From positions 32,241-96,240 of the IMG/VR virus record IMGVR_UViG_3300043434_000693: a stretch of DNA of 64,000 bases. One strand, written 5' to 3'. This stretch comes from a virus. Of this stretch, positions 17,779-26,482 are shown one piece after another. The position numbers were made by a program, and so were the translations under genes. Positions within the stretch are counted from its first letter, which is position 1; every line of letters begins with the position of its first letter. The notes under the pieces were generated by a model, which made no database searches, was not told where the DNA came from, and was given only the letters and a program-made list of their open reading frames with translations.

Positions 17779-18429
17779 TTATGATTTTTTATTAGATAGA
17801 AGCCTGCCACGAATAAACCCTTCGCTTGGACAATTTATAGACATTGTACAAGTAACTCCGTTATTCCACCAAACTTTACCTTTACGTTTTTCTTTAAGAA
17901 TTGCCTTTTGTTCATCAGTCCATTGGTAGTTGAACATAGAATTGTTTTCTCCTGATGTATGCGATCGAGGACCTCTACACGAATTAGAAATTTTTTGTCT
18001 ACGTTCTTCTGATATTGGACCGTATTTTTTACCTAAATGTGATTGTCTTTTCTTTTCTTTAGTTTCTTTTGAATCTTTAATGCCTAATCTGCTAGGCGGA
18101 GTTCTAGGATTCTTTTTATTATATTCACTTAGTTTAACATTTTTAAATCCGGGTGATTGCCCATCGATACCGTTTTCGATAACGCAATTTGCCCATTCTT
18201 TTGATTCTACTATCATATTTTTTACAGAAAAATCAATTGCAAACTTTTTACACTCTTCTAAATTGTCAAATTTCCAAATTTGAACAGTTTCAACATAGTT
18301 TCCATGCTGTATTACATGTCGTTTCCAATAAATCCCTGACCCTTTATATTTGTAAGGATCCTTAATAGTTTTACCAAAGTAGTTTAAACCTGTGACTAAA
18401 TGGCGTTTGTGATATAGATATGTAATCAC
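17779..18429 (-). CDS. Free-standing homing endonuclease (GIY-YIG-like N-terminus plus NUMOD3-type repeats)
   Basis: Motifs TYLYHKRH...GLNYFGKT and YKGSG.YW, then SKETKEKKRQSHLGK, SEERRQKIS, GENNSMF and KVWWNNG...GFIRGRL. GTG start overlaps the upstream TGA. Confidence 0.85.
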   Translation of the reverse strand: MITYLYHKRHLVTGLNYFGKTIKDPYKYKGSGIYWKRHVIQHGNYVETVQIWKFDNLEECKKFAIDFSVKNMIVESKEWANCVIENGIDGQSPGFKNVKLSEYNKKNPRTPPSRLGIKDSKETKEKKRQSHLGKKYGPISEERRQKISNSCRGPRSHTSGENNSMFNYQWTDEQKAILKEKRKGKVWWNNGVTCTMSINCPSEGFIRGRLLSNKKS

Positions 18430-18860
18430 CCAAATAATTTACCATTTATATGTTTCTTATGAACTCGTACTTGCACATGACCGTTGTAATAAGAATCTGA
18501 TTCTAATACTTTTCTACTAAATTGTTCTCTTGCCTCTACGTACGAACACTCTGCCTTTGATTTACAATAATAAAGTATTTCTCGTTTGAAGTTATCTTCG
18601 CCTAATTTTTTAACGTCGTTATTAAGCTCGATGTTTGATCCGTAATATTCCCGCCAGTCTGAATCTATTTTAGTTTTAATTCTTTTCTTTTTCTTCTTGC
18701 CGTTTTTTAATGTAACAACCTTATAAGAAGTTTTTGTGAATTGTGCTAGTTTTTTACCAATATACATTCGACCATTGGTTAAATTAGTGATGAGATAGAC
18801 AAAGCCTACACAATCGTCGGGAAGAGTCTCGATGATTTTTTTCTTGTAGTGCCATGACAT
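18426..18860 (-). CDS. Small GIY-YIG endonuclease (SegE-like family)
   Basis: Motifs GFVYLITNLTNGRMYIGKK, SDWREYYGS, FKREIL, YVEAREQF and YYNG. Confidence 0.85.
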   Translation of the reverse strand: MSWHYKKKIIETLPDDCVGFVYLITNLTNGRMYIGKKLAQFTKTSYKVVTLKNGKKKKKRIKTKIDSDWREYYGSNIELNNDVKKLGEDNFKREILYYCKSKAECSYVEAREQFSRKVLESDSYYNGHVQVRVHKKHINGKLFG

Positions 18861-18865
18861 ATCCT

Positions 18866-19147
18866 TTAATTATCATCGCTTAATCCGTCATTTGAGCCAT
18901 TTTGATTTTTTCGAGCCTCTATTCTTTTTAAGCCTGCTTTACTTGCCTTCATAGGAGCAAAGTTATCATATCTCCATTCTTGGATAAGTTTTCTTTGCTC
19001 CGAACATAATTTTCTAATCTTTTTTAAACTATTTCTTACCCTAATTGCTGATCTATGACTTTGATTTACTGCCCAAAGTTGATTTAGTTCGAAATATTTT
19101 CGAAACTCTTTCATTATTTCGTCATGTAATTCAGAATCTGGAATCAT
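18866..19147 (-). CDS. Small basic helical protein, possibly DNA-binding (Hc1-like pattern)
   Basis: 93 aa; SAIRVRNSLKKIRKLCSEQRKLIQE segment. Confidence 0.5.
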   Translation of the reverse strand: MIPDSELHDEIMKEFRKYFELNQLWAVNQSHRSAIRVRNSLKKIRKLCSEQRKLIQEWRYDNFAPMKASKAGLKRIEARKNQNGSNDGLSDDN

Positions 19148-20926
19148 TTATCTAATCTCTAAATCGTTTGCATACGATGTAAAACCGTTTTCTTTGATAA
19201 CCTTTAATACATTACTAACACGACCTACTAATTCGTCTTTATGACTAATTAAGAAAATATTTTTCTTACGTTCTCGACCCATCTTCTTTAGTACAGATAA
19301 CGCATTTTCAACACCGTTTGCATCCAACCCGTTATCAATAAGTTCGTCTACAAACAACAAATTAATTCCTTGATATAAACTTTCCCAAACATCTCTAAAT
19401 GCCCATGAAAGACCTAAAATTAATCGATTCCTTTCTCCTCTTGACAAGTTATCAAAGTCTAAGTCTTGCCCCAATTGTGTAATTTCAACTGTTAGATCGT
19501 TTTGGAATGTGACAAGATGCGGTAATCCCATCTTGTCTAGATAATAAGTTAACCGATTGTTCAAATAACCTAAATTTTGATCGATAATCTTTTTTCTTAT
19601 AAAACTGTCCTTACTTGTTAACAATTTTAATAGGAATTCTTGATGTTCTTTTAACTCGGTTAACGAATTTATTTCTTCCCACGAAATGTCTTGTAACGCA
19701 GTATTTCGTAAATTATCAATTTGCTCTTGATAAGGGTCTATTTCGTCAGATTTATTAATCAGTTGTGTTTCAAGAGACGCAAGATTATTTTGATGTTTTA
19801 ATGCTTCTTCGACGGTTTCATAGTACGGTTCTGGTCTTAGACCTAGTTCACCAAACGATTGAAGTTCAAGTGACACTTTGTTCAATTGAGATGATACATT
19901 GTGAAGATAGTCTTGCGATTCAGATAAGTGGCTAGTAGCAAGAGCAGTTAACTCTTCATGTTTATGATCATGCAGCTCTTGATCACACGCATGACATGTT
20001 TTATTCTTTAAACTTTCTAATTCTTTAGCATACTTGTCAGATGTTTTTTGAGCCTGTATAACTGATGATTCTAGTGTAGCTTTTTCTTTAGTAAGACTCT
20101 TAATCTTAGCTGATGCTGCATCGTATTCTTTAACGGTTGCATGTACTAATAATTCTGCTTCAATATCAATACTTTCTAATTCAACGATAGCTTTACCGAT
20201 TTTTTCTAAAGTTTGATATTTTTGTTGATTCCATGCAGACAACTTTTTCTCGAGACTATCGATACTTTCTTGTATTTTTTCGTTAGTTTTTTTAATTGCT
20301 TCGATGTTAGCAGTCTCTTGAATTATTTGATCTTTTGTGGATTTAATTTTAATTTTTAAAGATTCTGCCTTATCGGATAATTGTGTAATCCCTAACAGTT
20401 GTTCGATGATTTCTCTCTGATCTGAAGACCTCATAGATAAAAACGGTTCGGAGTAGGTATTGAGCATAAGAATATGCTTGGCCATAGTGTGGCTCATACC
20501 AATCAAATCAGTTAAATCTTTTTGAGTTTCTCGATTGTCACCTTGTGCATCATCAGTTTCTTCTTGTTCTTGTTCTTGATCGTTAACATAAAATTTAAGA
20601 ATAGACGGTTTCCTTCCTCGTTCGATGCGATAGTTGACACCGTTTTTTTCAAATGCAAGTGTTACTAACATATTTTTATTATTAATTTTATTGATCAAGT
20701 TATCTTTTTTAATGTTAGTCAAAGCAATGCCAAACAACGCATAACTTAATGCATTAACGATGGTAGTTTTTCCGGTACCGTTTCTTGATCCGCTATCGTC
20801 TCCACCTTGATCGAGATTTTCACCGAGAACTAATGTTAAGTTTTCTCGAGCGAAATCTACAGCCTGGGTTTGATTACCCACACTCATAAAATTTTTTACG
20901 GTTAAAGTTTTTAAATTAATAGACAT
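19148..20926 (-). CDS. gp46: Recombination nuclease ATPase subunit (gp46 / Rad50 / SbcC-like)
   Basis: KNFMSVGN, Walker A GTGKTT, coiled coil with CHAC zinc hook, signature LSRGE, Walker B LLFVDE and ISH. Confidence 0.95.
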   Translation of the reverse strand: MSINLKTLTVKNFMSVGNQTQAVDFARENLTLVLGENLDQGGDDSGSRNGTGKTTIVNALSYALFGIALTNIKKDNLINKINNKNMLVTLAFEKNGVNYRIERGRKPSILKFYVNDQEQEQEETDDAQGDNRETQKDLTDLIGMSHTMAKHILMLNTYSEPFLSMRSSDQREIIEQLLGITQLSDKAESLKIKIKSTKDQIIQETANIEAIKKTNEKIQESIDSLEKKLSAWNQQKYQTLEKIGKAIVELESIDIEAELLVHATVKEYDAASAKIKSLTKEKATLESSVIQAQKTSDKYAKELESLKNKTCHACDQELHDHKHEELTALATSHLSESQDYLHNVSSQLNKVSLELQSFGELGLRPEPYYETVEEALKHQNNLASLETQLINKSDEIDPYQEQIDNLRNTALQDISWEEINSLTELKEHQEFLLKLLTSKDSFIRKKIIDQNLGYLNNRLTYYLDKMGLPHLVTFQNDLTVEITQLGQDLDFDNLSRGERNRLILGLSWAFRDVWESLYQGINLLFVDELIDNGLDANGVENALSVLKKMGRERKKNIFLISHKDELVGRVSNVLKVIKENGFTSYANDLEIR

Positions 20927-21939
20927 TATAGATCGTTGTATATAGATAGTAACATATTTTTATTATATGCTTCGGAATCGATATTTACAAGCTGATTTGA
21001 TACAATCTGATCAATTGATTCAAATGCTTGTACATCAAATTCAGTATTGATAACTGAATCTTTCTTTTCTGCTATTAATGTGATCTCTCGAAGATTATAT
21101 TCTTTTATAAATTTTTCTTTAATAAAACTAGCCTCTTCAAAAGTAATATCAATATCTAACGAAACTCTAAGATGTTGTTTTGGCCTTAACATTTGGTCTG
21201 AATTATCGATCAAATTACTAAGACTAGTATTTCGAAAAGTTGGTTGTTGAGGCCACGTATGAAACTCTGGCTCTTGACCCCATTCTAAGATCATCATACC
21301 TCGATCATCGTCCCAAGAATCAGAATAGTTATGAGGGAATGCATTTCCGATGTAACAGATATTTTTGTTTCGTTGCCGTTTATGGAAATGCCCGCTAAAT
21401 GCTAGATCATAATTTTTAAAATGTCCTAATTGTATTTCTCCATGATCTGGCATTTGAATCATTGCATTCATATAAAATGTAGGTAGTTCAAAATGACCAA
21501 AAATATATTTGGAAGATTTTTTAGTAATTTGTTTCCATTCGTCGCCGACTAGCCACGGACATAGTGTTACATCACCCTCGGTAAAAGGATGATGTACAAC
21601 AGTAATTCCGGGTATATATTTTCCAAATTCTACAGAATGAATATCCCGCTTGTCTTTATAGTATAGATCATGATTGCCAGGGAAAAAATAAAAGTTATCA
21701 AACGCTTGACCGAGTTTTTCAAGGGCGCGTAAACTATAATCCATGGTAGTAATATTAAGACTGTTGCGATTATGATGCCAGTCTCCCAAGAATATTCCTG
21801 TGTCACATCCTTCCTCCTGTGCTTTTTTAATAAACCAATCAACAAAGTCTTCGCAGTCTTGATTGTGGACCGAACTATTTGACTTTAAACCAAAATGAAT
21901 GTCAGTAAAACATGCTGCTTTCTTAAAAAGATTGCTCAT
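20926..21939 (-). CDS. gp47: Recombination nuclease subunit (gp47 / Mre11 / SbcD-like)
   Basis: Metallophosphoesterase motifs TDIHFG, LGDWHH, GNHD, GHFE and SGHFH. Confidence 0.95.
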   Translation of the reverse strand: MSNLFKKAACFTDIHFGLKSNSSVHNQDCEDFVDWFIKKAQEEGCDTGIFLGDWHHNRNSLNITTMDYSLRALEKLGQAFDNFYFFPGNHDLYYKDKRDIHSVEFGKYIPGITVVHHPFTEGDVTLCPWLVGDEWKQITKKSSKYIFGHFELPTFYMNAMIQMPDHGEIQLGHFKNYDLAFSGHFHKRQRNKNICYIGNAFPHNYSDSWDDDRGMMILEWGQEPEFHTWPQQPTFRNTSLSNLIDNSDQMLRPKQHLRVSLDIDITFEEASFIKEKFIKEYNLREITLIAEKKDSVINTEFDVQAFESIDQIVSNQLVNIDSEAYNKNMLLSIYNDL

Positions 21940-22163
21940 TTACCTTCCCCAAATTGCAACACGAACCAATTAGAATATTTCTCTTCTGAAATATCTAAGT
22001 AACCGAGGCTTAAACAAAATGGATCCTCGGGATCAGAAAAAATTTTACAATGATATTGTTCTTCGAAAAATTCATAAAATTCTTTATCTGCAGGCAAATT
22101 ATGATTGTTCTTAACAAAATCGATTGCTTCATTAACCCTAGGGTCTTTTAAATCAATTCTCAT
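21936..22163 (-). CDS. Hypothetical protein
   Basis: 75 aa; overlaps both neighbours by 4 nt (ATGA coupling). Confidence 0.7.
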   Translation of the reverse strand: MRIDLKDPRVNEAIDFVKNNHNLPADKEFYEFFEEQYHCKIFSDPEDPFCLSLGYLDISEEKYSNWFVLQFGEGK

Positions 22164-22990
22164 TCGTGATCCTCATTATAACGTTTTACTGAAGCTTCGT
22201 ACTCTCCAGCACTAGTTCTAGTGTAGCTCGGGTTCATTCCGTTCATTTCAAGTATATCGTCTCTAATGTTTTGATTTCGTTTTTCAATGTTAATCACTCT
22301 TACAAAACTGTTTGTAACAGCAGCGGTAAAATATGCAAATGGGTTGTCTGATTTAGACTCGTCGAATTGTAATCCAATTTGAGTAAGTTGTAAAATTGCT
22401 TGGCCTCGCATTTCGTCATTGTAAGTATATCCTCGAACGTTTCCTCGAGTTGCGTATCTCTCACACAATTTTAACATCATACGAGCTAAAGTATCAGTTA
22501 TTTGTCCTGCGTTTTTATCGAAATGACCAGTATCTAACGGGCCTTTCCAGTGACTCTTTCCGACGCAGACAAGTTCGTCGCTTTCATTAAATTTCCAGTG
22601 TTGGAAAGGGGGGAAATTAACTTTTTCGTGTCGATCTGCGGTGTTTTTTGGATTTTTTTTGCGAGTAGAATTAAGGGGGATATGACTAAAGGACATAATT
22701 CTAAAAACCAAATCTAATTTATTAATTTTTTTATAATCAACTTCGCAATCAGCTTGTTTAATTTTTTCGCCTTCGGATTTTCTTCTAATATATTCAGCGT
22801 CAGCTAATCTCTTAGCTCTATTTCTTTTTGCTTCCGCAACAGTTCTAATATTAACCTTATCAATACCTTGTAAAATAATGTCGTATTGATGATATTCTGG
22901 TTTTTCAAACACACAGTAAGAACTTTTTGATCTGTGTATTTCTAATAACATGTCCTTGTTGTTAAGATAATTTATTTTTGATGGTACCAC
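22160..22990 (-). CDS. gp55: Late-transcription sigma factor (gp55-like)
   Basis: Motifs NYLNNKDML, GYTYNDEM and FDESKSDNPFAYFT...SFVRVINIEKR. Upstream of gp47/gp46 as in T4; GTG start with AGGAG RBS. Confidence 0.85.
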   Translation of the reverse strand: MVPSKINYLNNKDMLLEIHRSKSSYCVFEKPEYHQYDIILQGIDKVNIRTVAEAKRNRAKRLADAEYIRRKSEGEKIKQADCEVDYKKINKLDLVFRIMSFSHIPLNSTRKKNPKNTADRHEKVNFPPFQHWKFNESDELVCVGKSHWKGPLDTGHFDKNAGQITDTLARMMLKLCERYATRGNVRGYTYNDEMRGQAILQLTQIGLQFDESKSDNPFAYFTAAVTNSFVRVINIEKRNQNIRDDILEMNGMNPSYTRTSAGEYEASVKRYNEDHE

Positions 22991-23012
22991 GTATAAAACT
23001 CCTATTACTAAT

Positions 23013-23041
23013 AATATAAACTACGCACTTTAAAAAGTCAA
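23013..23041 (-). promoter_or_regulatory. Sigma70-type promoter for the gp55-gp47-gp46-endonuclease operon
   Basis: TTGACT (23041-23036), 17-nt spacer, TATATT (23018-23013). Confidence 0.65.
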
Positions 23042-23048
23042 ATAAATA
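23041..23048 (+). promoter_or_regulatory. Late promoter (AATAAATA) for the baseplate operon
   Basis: Box ends 23 nt upstream of the 23072 ATG. Confidence 0.6.
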
Positions 23049-23071
23049 ATATACCAAAATAGGATATAATT

Positions 23072-23968
23072 ATGACTTCAATACCAAATTACATTAGTGA
23101 TGTTGGAAATGTAATTTCATCTCTCAGCCGCCCTAAAATTAATACGGAAACAGTTGGGGATGTTTTAAGTGCAGTTGCAGTTTTTTCTGATAAAGATTCA
23201 AATGACTGGCGAGCTAGATTAAGTTTACCTCCATGGATTAGTTTTAGAACTAGTCCCGCATTAAAGCCGTTAATTGATGCAGGCGGATTAGTTTTTCCGT
23301 ATACTCCCACGATCCAACTTGAAAGTTCTGCAAACTATCAACAGATAAGTCCGGTGCATTCAAACAATGTATTTCAAGCATATCAAAGCAGTAATCCGGG
23401 AAAAATAACAGTTACAGCACCTATGAATGTTGAAGATACTTCTCAAGCATTATATTGGATCGGTGTATTACATTTTTTAAGATCGCTTACTAAGATGTTT
23501 TCTGGTAATGATCCTAAAGCAGGTAATCCTCCTCCGATAGTATATTTCAATGCATACGGAGGTTATGTATTTAAGAATGTTCCTGTGGTAGTGACAAATT
23601 TTAATACTATGTTGCCCAAAGATTGTGATTATATTCCTGTGAATGTATCTGGAAGTTTAGCTGGTGAAGTATCGACTATTGCTGGAGGTATAGGAGGTTT
23701 AGCAAATTCTGTAGGCCAAACTATATCAGGCACCGGTACGTTAGCATCGTCGATTGCTGGTTTAGCCGGGGGTGTGCAACCAGCAGCAAGTTTATTAGGT
23801 ACATTCGGTCTTGGTGGTACAGTTAGCGGCGGAACTGCATATGTTCCGTCAAAAAGTGAATTTTCGATTACTTTACAACCTGTTTACAGTAGAACAAACG
23901 TAAGAAACTTTAGCCTAGATACATTTGTTACAGGCGGTTATCTTAATAATTATTTTGGATATATTTAA
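23072..23968 (+). CDS. Baseplate/tail-tube initiator-like protein (gp48/gp54-like)
   Basis: 298 aa. Motifs DWRARL, GLVFPYTP.I, GNPPPIV...AYG.YVFKNVPVVV.NF and YVP; first gene of the baseplate operon. Confidence 0.6.
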   Translation: MTSIPNYISDVGNVISSLSRPKINTETVGDVLSAVAVFSDKDSNDWRARLSLPPWISFRTSPALKPLIDAGGLVFPYTPTIQLESSANYQQISPVHSNNVFQAYQSSNPGKITVTAPMNVEDTSQALYWIGVLHFLRSLTKMFSGNDPKAGNPPPIVYFNAYGGYVFKNVPVVVTNFNTMLPKDCDYIPVNVSGSLAGEVSTIAGGIGGLANSVGQTISGTGTLASSIAGLAGGVQPAASLLGTFGLGGTVSGGTAYVPSKSEFSITLQPVYSRTNVRNFSLDTFVTGGYLNNYFGYI

Positions 23969-23970
23969 AA

Positions 23971-24273
23971 ATGGCTGCAAGATACACAAATACAAGTCCT
24001 TGGTATAAAACTCCTATTCAACAAGACTATTTAGATATACTAACAATTAGACCAGTGAGTGCAGAGGTAGACGATGTGTTGTTTACTATCACACCGCAAT
24101 ATGCATATAGACCGGATTTGTTAGCATATGATGCATACGGTGAAGCAAGTTTATGGTGGGTGTTTGTTCAACGGAATTTAGATGTGTTGCAAGATCCGAT
24201 ATTTGATTTTACCCCGGGTAAACAAATTTATTTGCCGAAGAGTAGTAAACTAAAAGAAGTATTAGGAATTTAA
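23971..24273 (+). CDS. gp53: Baseplate wedge protein (gp53-like, LysM-like)
   Basis: Motif YRPDLLAYDAYG..SLWWVF..RN...DPIFDF..G..IYLP. Confidence 0.8.
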   Translation: MAARYTNTSPWYKTPIQQDYLDILTIRPVSAEVDDVLFTITPQYAYRPDLLAYDAYGEASLWWVFVQRNLDVLQDPIFDFTPGKQIYLPKSSKLKEVLGI

Positions 24274-24274
24274 A

Positions 24275-26473
24275 ATGGCAATATTAGATTCAGCAACTAC
24301 AATTACTTCGACAGCATCTAATGTAATTAGTGCTGCCGGATCAGCAATTAACTTGTCCGCAATAGGTGAGTTTTTTACAACAATACCTAATTTAAAGTTA
24401 CCCCTAGCTAACCCGTTAAGTGAGTTTGCGTCGTACACTTATATTTTAAGTATTGGTGTTTTGCGTGATGACGAATTAAATTTTCCCGATACAACATATC
24501 GTGCCGGAAAAAAGTTAAAGTTGATTTGTAAATCGGCAAATGCTGATCCAAACAATAGAATTAATACTTCATATGGAAAGTTTGACTTTTTTATCGACAA
24601 CTTAACGTTATCGAGTATTATTGGCCATGAAAAGAATAATAATACTAATGTAACAAAATTTACTTTTGATATTACAGAACCCTACAGCATGGGAATATTC
24701 CCTATAGCTTGCCAACAAGCGGCATATGAAGCTGGACACAAAAACTGGAGATCAGCTCCGTTTATTCTAACGATTGAATTTAAAGGTAATAGAGAAAATG
24801 GAACGATGGTATCGATACCAAATACTGATAGATACATTCCATTTAAGTTTACTGAGTTATCTATGACAGTAAATCACACTGGTAGCAAATATACTTGTAA
24901 TGCAATCGCTTATAATCAAACTGCTCTAACTTCTAAACATGCACAATTAAAACATGAAGTTTCGGTAAAAGGAAAAACAGTACAAGAAGTTCTCCAAACT
25001 GGAGAAAAGAGCTTACAAGCCGTTATTAATCAGCGATTGCAACAATTAGCAAAAGATGGAATTGTTCCAGTTCCTGATGAAGTTGTTATACTTTTCCCTA
25101 AAGATATTTCATCATCAGCAGGCGCAGCAGGTGCATCAACTCCTTCACAAGGAGCAACTACAGGATCAGGTGCAGGCGGTTCGGTCATTCAAAAATTAGG
25201 ATTAACCCGTAGTAAAATTAATCAGACGTTAGTACAAGATATAAAACAAGTTAATGAATTAGGGTCATCAATTATTACAACTGGAGAATCGTCTATTGGC
25301 AAGGATAATGCAGTTTATGACAAAGATAAAAATGTATATATTCGTGCAAATAATACATTAGAAATTGACGGCGGAGAATTAAAGTTTAATCAAGATACTG
25401 ACATTATCAATGTTATCAATCAAGTTCTAATAAAAAGCGAATATCCTAAGGCTGCACTTGGAGCTAAGACTGTTACTAAAGAAGGATTTAGAAAGTGGTG
25501 GAAAATTGACACTCAGGTGTTTAATATATCATCGGACGAAAATTTAAAGTCGACCGGTGTAAAACCTCAAATTATTGTGTATCGTGTTATACCTTCTAAC
25601 CATCATTTAAGCTCAGGTCCGATGCCCCCGAATGTAAAACCGCCTGGTTTTCAAGACCTTGCTAAACAAGCTGTTAAGGTATACGACTACATTTATACTG
25701 GAAAAAATACTGAAGTTTTGAAGTTTGATATTACGTTTAAAAATTCGTTTTCCACAATGTTATCGGCTGATGCAGGGCAATTTAATCAAGATATTCAAAA
25801 CCCAGGATCAGTTCAGTTCATCGAAAAGGCAGTGAATAAACTATTAATGATTGGTAATGAGCCTGACAAAACATTGGGAGTAACACCGACACAAGCGACC
25901 TATGTAGCGACAAAATCGACAACAGATCATAAAGGAGGCGGCGGCCCTGAAACAGCAGCATCAAGAGCTGCAAGAACATTCCACGATCAAATTAACTCAG
26001 GGAATGATATGATTATGCTTGATATGACAATAATAGGAGATCCTTATTTTATTGCTCAAAGTGGTACAGGTAATTATACAGCAAAATCGTCGCAATTTGT
26101 AAATTTAAACACTGACGGATCGGTAAACTATCAAAATGGTGAAGTTGATATTGTAGTAAATTTTAGAACTCCTGTTGATATTAATCAGGTGTCGGGATTA
26201 TACGATTTTGGGGGAGCGTCAAAAACATCACCGGTGATGCAATTTAGCGGACTGTATCGAGTTACAACAGTTACTAGCAGATTTTCAAACGGTGAGTTTA
26301 AACAAGACCTAAAAGGAATGAGACGCAGACAACAAGAATCTACACAAGAGTCGTCGTTATCAGTTGGGTTTAATATTGATAATATTGTACAGGGATTAAC
26401 TGACACTGGCCAATCATTATTAAGTGGTGCAGCAGATTCGATATCAAATTTTGTAGGCAAAATAATCAAATAA
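24275..26473 (+). CDS. Baseplate hub protein (gp27/gpD-like)
   Basis: 732 aa, between the gp53-like and gp5-like genes. C-terminal motifs MTIIGDPYF and FSGLYRVTTVTSRFSNGEFKQ.L. Confidence 0.65.
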   Translation: MAILDSATTITSTASNVISAAGSAINLSAIGEFFTTIPNLKLPLANPLSEFASYTYILSIGVLRDDELNFPDTTYRAGKKLKLICKSANADPNNRINTSYGKFDFFIDNLTLSSIIGHEKNNNTNVTKFTFDITEPYSMGIFPIACQQAAYEAGHKNWRSAPFILTIEFKGNRENGTMVSIPNTDRYIPFKFTELSMTVNHTGSKYTCNAIAYNQTALTSKHAQLKHEVSVKGKTVQEVLQTGEKSLQAVINQRLQQLAKDGIVPVPDEVVILFPKDISSSAGAAGASTPSQGATTGSGAGGSVIQKLGLTRSKINQTLVQDIKQVNELGSSIITTGESSIGKDNAVYDKDKNVYIRANNTLEIDGGELKFNQDTDIINVINQVLIKSEYPKAALGAKTVTKEGFRKWWKIDTQVFNISSDENLKSTGVKPQIIVYRVIPSNHHLSSGPMPPNVKPPGFQDLAKQAVKVYDYIYTGKNTEVLKFDITFKNSFSTMLSADAGQFNQDIQNPGSVQFIEKAVNKLLMIGNEPDKTLGVTPTQATYVATKSTTDHKGGGGPETAASRAARTFHDQINSGNDMIMLDMTIIGDPYFIAQSGTGNYTAKSSQFVNLNTDGSVNYQNGEVDIVVNFRTPVDINQVSGLYDFGGASKTSPVMQFSGLYRVTTVTSRFSNGEFKQDLKGMRRRQQESTQESSLSVGFNIDNIVQGLTDTGQSLLSGAADSISNFVGKIIK

Positions 26474-26482
26474 GAGAATAAT

